From the NCBI GenBank assembly GCA_050287845.1, contig JBNKCR010000098.1, forward strand, positions 160,001-224,000: DNA of 64,000 nucleotides, written 5' to 3'. Origin of the DNA: Polyangia bacterium. GTDB lineage: Bacteria; Myxococcota_A; Polyangia; JAAYKL01. The notes under the pieces are model-generated. The model worked only from the letters and a program-made list of their open reading frames with translations, had not been told where the DNA came from and did not search any database. This document shows positions 60,017-64,000 of this stretch, piece by piece; the first letter of the stretch is position 1, and each line of letters opens with the position of its first letter. The position numbers and the translations under genes were made by a program.

Positions 60017-61720
60017 ATGAAGCGATACTTCAGACTGATACCAGGTTGGGATACCCGAATTCGCCTCCTGCTGATAGCGGGGGTGGTCGGAGTGGTTGCC
60101 GGACTGGCAGCAGTGCTCCTCCACGCCGGATTGCATTGGATTGGTCAGCTGGTACGCAGCATTTCCTGGCGATGGCTGTACCCGGCAATCACCACAGGGG
60201 GGATAGTGCTCACGGTTGTGCTGTTCCGCTTTGTGTTTCGAGACAAAGGCGCCCATGGCGTACCGGAGGTCATCTACTCCATTTCGAAACATGGGGGGGC
60301 GCTCCGTCTCAGATCCGCCCCGTCGCGATTAATTTGCAGTATGATTACCATCGCCACCGGCGGGTCGGCCGGACCGGAGGCGCCACTGGTTATCAGCGGC
60401 GCAAGCATCGGCTCAAATCTTTCCAGGCTGTTCCGAATGAAAGATCGTCAGCGGATTGTACTTGTCGGCTGTGGTGCCTCCGCTGCCATTGCCTCAATTT
60501 TCAATGCGCCGGTTACCGGAATTCTGTTCACCATGGAAGCGGTGATTGGAGAATGGAACCGCGGTCACCTGATTCCCATTGCCGTGGCTGCCGTCGTGGG
60601 AACCGAAGTGAGCCATCTGTTCCGGGGGAGTGAGATTGTTTTTTCCCACCGTACGTTTCACTTCTCTCATGCGGATATCCTGGCATCCGTGGCGTTGGCA
60701 TTCTTTACCGCCATGGTGGCGGTGATTTTTTTTCGTTTGTTTCGATGGATGTCTCAACAGATGGAGGTCCGTATCCGCTCTTTCTGGTTGAGAGCGATAC
60801 TGGGTGGACTCTTTGTGGGAAGCATTGCCATCGCATTTCCCGATGTGGCGGGCGAAGGATATGGCGCCGTAAGCCGAATGCTCAACAGCACTTACAGCGC
60901 GCCGATATACATTCTGGCTACCGTTATCCTCATGAAAATGGTCGCCAGTGCGGTCACCGCCGGCGCGGGGGGCGTCGGGGGGATATTTGCGCCGTCCCTG
61001 GTGGTCGGTGCAATGACCGGGTTGCTCTTTGCCCACATCGCTGAGATGGTGTTTCCCGGTGCGGGTCTTTCCGAATACGGCTTTTTCGCCCTGCTTGGCA
61101 TGGCGGGGGTTATCAGTTCCATCCTGCAGGCCCCCCTGACCGGCATATTTCTGATTCTCGAAATTACGGCCAGTTATAATGTCCTTTTACCTGTGGTGCT
61201 GGTTTCCGTATTATCGGTAACCCTCAGCAACTTCATGGAGCCCGATTCGATTTATCACCGGGAACTCTTTCAGAAAGGGATGATGCTGCGACATCGGACC
61301 GACGCCCGGGTCCTGACTGAAATCCGGTTGGAAGAACTTATCGAAAAAGACTGCATTTCCATTTTTCCCACTATGACCCTCGGTGAATTTGTGGAGCTGG
61401 CCAAAAAGTCCACCAGAAATTTCTTTCCGGTGTTATCTGAAAGCGACGGGACATACCTGGGCATGGTCACACTGGATGCGGCGAAACCATATATGTTTGA
61501 TCGCATTATGTACGAAACAGTACTGGTTGAATCCTTCATGACATCAATACTGACCGAAGTTTCACCTGATACGGAACTGATGGACGTGATTAACCTGATG
61601 GATGAAACCGGTGTCTTCAGTCTGCCTGTGGTGGAAGACGGTATCTTTCATGGACTGGTCTCCAAAGGGACATTGCTTGACCACTACCGAAGAGAGATGG
61701 TTGCCCAGGAAGAAGACTGA
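60017..61720 (+). CDS. ClC-family chloride channel/transporter with tandem CBS domains
   Basis: GAHGVPE, GSAGPEAP, FNAP, GIFAP and SIY motifs, plus a C-terminal CBS pair. Confidence 0.95.
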   Translation: MKRYFRLIPGWDTRIRLLLIAGVVGVVAGLAAVLLHAGLHWIGQLVRSISWRWLYPAITTGGIVLTVVLFRFVFRDKGAHGVPEVIYSISKHGGALRLRSAPSRLICSMITIATGGSAGPEAPLVISGASIGSNLSRLFRMKDRQRIVLVGCGASAAIASIFNAPVTGILFTMEAVIGEWNRGHLIPIAVAAVVGTEVSHLFRGSEIVFSHRTFHFSHADILASVALAFFTAMVAVIFFRLFRWMSQQMEVRIRSFWLRAILGGLFVGSIAIAFPDVAGEGYGAVSRMLNSTYSAPIYILATVILMKMVASAVTAGAGGVGGIFAPSLVVGAMTGLLFAHIAEMVFPGAGLSEYGFFALLGMAGVISSILQAPLTGIFLILEITASYNVLLPVVLVSVLSVTLSNFMEPDSIYHRELFQKGMMLRHRTDARVLTEIRLEELIEKDCISIFPTMTLGEFVELAKKSTRNFFPVLSESDGTYLGMVTLDAAKPYMFDRIMYETVLVESFMTSILTEVSPDTELMDVINLMDETGVFSLPVVEDGIFHGLVSKGTLLDHYRREMVAQEED

Positions 61721-61857
61721 TTCCTCCCGGTTGGCTGACAAAGAAATACATTAAAATGATGCGTTTTTCTGAAAACGAGATACAATAACACCACAAATTT
61801 ACTGAACCTTTGTTTCTCAATCGGCGAGAATGGGTAATTTCGGCTGAGAGGATTGAT

Positions 61858-62862
61858 ATGAAAAAAAACACAGTGATTTGGGCCAAGTGGGCGCTGCTCT
61901 GTTGCGTTATTCTAGGCGGGAACGCAGTGGTCGCTCAGGAAAGCGAAGCAGAGACGGGTGGGCAGAGCGCGGAGGAACTCGCAATGGCGGAGTTTCAGGC
62001 GGGCATTGCGCTTTTTGAATCGGGGCAGTATGTGGAGGCGGCCAATCGTTTCAGAACGGCGATGAAGCACAAATCATCGTGGAAAATGTATTACAATATC
62101 GGGCAATCCGAAGCCGCTGCGCAACGTTACGGCCTGGCACTGGAAGCCTTTGAAACATATCTGGTGGCGGGCGGGGACGATGTCGCTGTGGCCAAAAAGG
62201 ATGAAGTGCTCAAAGAGATTGAACGCCTCCGTCTGCTGGTGGGCGTCATTGATTTCAGGGCGGAAGAGGGGGCGTCACTTGTGATTGACGGATATATTCG
62301 CGGCACTGCTCCTCTGGAGGGCGTGGTGCGCGTGGCCGCCGGACCGCATCAGGTGCAGGTAACCATGAATGAAGAGGTCATTTACGACAAGGGGATTAAA
62401 TTTGCTGGCGGGATGACCACGGTTATCGATGCGACGCCGACGGCTCCCGCTCCTGAGACAACGGACGCCGATACCGAAGACGCCGGCATCGCCGATGAGG
62501 GTGTCATGACAGCCGATACGCGAAACGCCGGAAAAATGCCGCGAAAGCTGTTGGCCGGGATTATTACCGGTGGTGCGGGTATAGTGTTTGCCGGTGTGGG
62601 GGTTGCCTTTTTAATCAAGGGAGCCAAAGACGACGAGGAAGCCAGTGGTTGGAATCCGGCGATTCAACCCCAGAAAAATAAAATCAAAGATTATAATGAC
62701 AACACCCTGCCATTGAACCGGGCAATGACCATCACTGGATTGGCGGTCGGTGGGGCGGCCATGGCAGCGGGGGCGGTGCTTATTGTGCTCGGACTGAAGG
62801 ATAAAAAAGCCGGAAAAGCCCGGGTGCTCCCCACCATGGGAGGAATGACCGTAACATTCTGA
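61858..62862 (+). CDS. TPR + PEGA domain protein with C-terminal hydrophobic helices
   Basis: Signal peptide, TPRs (G.Y.EA..., YNIGQ, YL), PEGA-like 'GA.L.IDG...GT.PL...V..G.H' and a terminal beta-strand ending in F. Confidence 0.8.
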   Translation: MKKNTVIWAKWALLCCVILGGNAVVAQESEAETGGQSAEELAMAEFQAGIALFESGQYVEAANRFRTAMKHKSSWKMYYNIGQSEAAAQRYGLALEAFETYLVAGGDDVAVAKKDEVLKEIERLRLLVGVIDFRAEEGASLVIDGYIRGTAPLEGVVRVAAGPHQVQVTMNEEVIYDKGIKFAGGMTTVIDATPTAPAPETTDADTEDAGIADEGVMTADTRNAGKMPRKLLAGIITGGAGIVFAGVGVAFLIKGAKDDEEASGWNPAIQPQKNKIKDYNDNTLPLNRAMTITGLAVGGAAMAAGAVLIVLGLKDKKAGKARVLPTMGGMTVTF

Positions 62863-62888
62863 CGGCCATCCCTACCTCCATTCAGTCG

Positions 62889-64000
62889 TCAGTACACGTT
62901 CTGCAGTGTTTCTTCCAGAATTTGACGAATGTTCACCTGCGCTTTCAGTTTTCGCAGATTGCCGTAGCATCCCAGATTCACCCGTTGCAACAGGATGAGC
63001 TTATGGGGAATGGTGAGACTCTTGCGGTATTTACTGATTCCAGGCATGTACCCCAGAGCTTTGCGATGGACGTCCGATTTGGCCACGTCAAATGGGTGAG
63101 AGGGATTGAGCGGTTCTTCGAGCAGTTCAAAAATCAGCTTGAAAAAGTTATCGTCCAGGGGTCTTCCATTGGTCCTCACTGCGCCAATCCCCTCCAGTCC
63201 CCGGGTGACGAACTGCGGATCGGAATTCAGAAATCCCTTGAGCAGGGCAGATATTGAGCTGCGCTCCATTTCATCGAAAGTTTTGACGCAGCCAAAATCG
63301 TAGAGAATAATTTTGCCGTCGTCGGTGAATGCATAGTTCGATGGGTTGGGATCCCCATGCAGCATCGCCGCAAAAAAAATTTGTTCATACAAGATTCGAA
63401 GCAGTCTCTCACCAATCAGATTTCTTATATCGTCCGGGTATTGAGTCGCCTGCTCCAGCGTATCGCCCGCTGCCATGGTCGTCGTCAGCACCCGTTTGCC
63501 AGACAGTTCCGGGATGACCCGGGGAATCACGATATAGGGGTGGCGGCTCTGGTGAAAATTGCCGAGATATTGCTGGTTGATTGCTTCCCGGGTGTAGTCC
63601 AGTTCTTTGTCGAGACTTTCTCTGAACTCCTCTGCCACTTTCGAAAGGGCAATGTTCTGACCACTGGCGATGCCCATGGTTTTCAGCACCATGCGCAATG
63701 AGGAGACATCGGCATCCACAAAATCGGAGATGTCAGGATATTGAACTTTCACAGCCACTGTCTGGCTGTCCAATGTGATTGCTCGGTGGACCTGGCCAAC
63801 CGAGGCTGCGGCAAACGGTTCCGGATCGAAAACGGAAAACAGACGGTCCAGTGGCGCGTCGAACTCGGATTCGATTTGCCTTTGAACCACGTCAAACGGT
63901 TCCGGCGCTGCATTCTTGCGCAACATGGCAAGAGGACTGGTCAGTGCCGTTGGCAGAAAACCTGATTGAATCGATGCCATCTGACCAAATTTCATTACCG
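62889..64000 (-). CDS. ABC1/AarF/UbiB-family atypical kinase; 5' end lies outside the window
   Basis: MKFGQ, FAAASVGQVHRA, VAVKVQYP, ELDY..EA, HGDPNP.N and YDFG. The frame stays open to the window edge. Confidence 0.93.
   Translation of the reverse strand, partial: VMKFGQMASIQSGFLPTALTSPLAMLRKNAAPEPFDVVQRQIESEFDAPLDRLFSVFDPEPFAAASVGQVHRAITLDSQTVAVKVQYPDISDFVDADVSSLRMVLKTMGIASGQNIALSKVAEEFRESLDKELDYTREAINQQYLGNFHQSRHPYIVIPRVIPELSGKRVLTTTMAAGDTLEQATQYPDDIRNLIGERLLRILYEQIFFAAMLHGDPNPSNYAFTDDGKIILYDFGCVKTFDEMERSSISALLKGFLNSDPQFVTRGLEGIGAVRTNGRPLDDNFFKLIFELLEEPLNPSHPFDVAKSDVHRKALGYMPGISKYRKSLTIPHKLILLQRVNLGCYGNLRKLKAQVNIRQILEETLQNVY

Overview
Chromosomal window, apparently from a Myxococcota/deltaproteobacterium-like organism. 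The basis is a MYXO-CTERM-like tail, AgmX/PglI-type C-terminal domains, a TPR-PEGA protein, (DT/DS)n lipoprotein linkers and a high density of hybrid kinases. It holds about 43 CDS. I found no tRNA, rRNA, CRISPR array, integrase or transposase. Housekeeping genes: corA, citrate synthase, plsY, tilS-ftsH, acyP, argG. Envelope genes: tamA-tamB, YcbK-type peptidase, TlpA. There are many signalling genes and a SWIM-SNF2 helicase. A GH3-family adenylating enzyme at the left edge is missing from the ORF track, and an ABC1 kinase is cut by the right edge. Best candidates for undescribed biology: (1) an overlapping nucleosidase / SplB-like radical SAM / SDR operon whose radical SAM enzyme lacks the residues spore photoproduct lyase needs, interlocked with a B12-radical SAM and a GT4 gene; (2) an orphan FlhA/SctV export-gate homologue missing cytoplasmic subdomains SD1-SD2, with sigma28-like promoters and a yjfB gene elsewhere in the window; (3) a ~180-nt nested inverted-repeat leader before an HTH-EIIA + ClC operon; (4) a catalytically dead GGDEF protein that keeps its RxxD site and is coupled to plsY. 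All family calls come from motif recognition by eye; no database searches were run.
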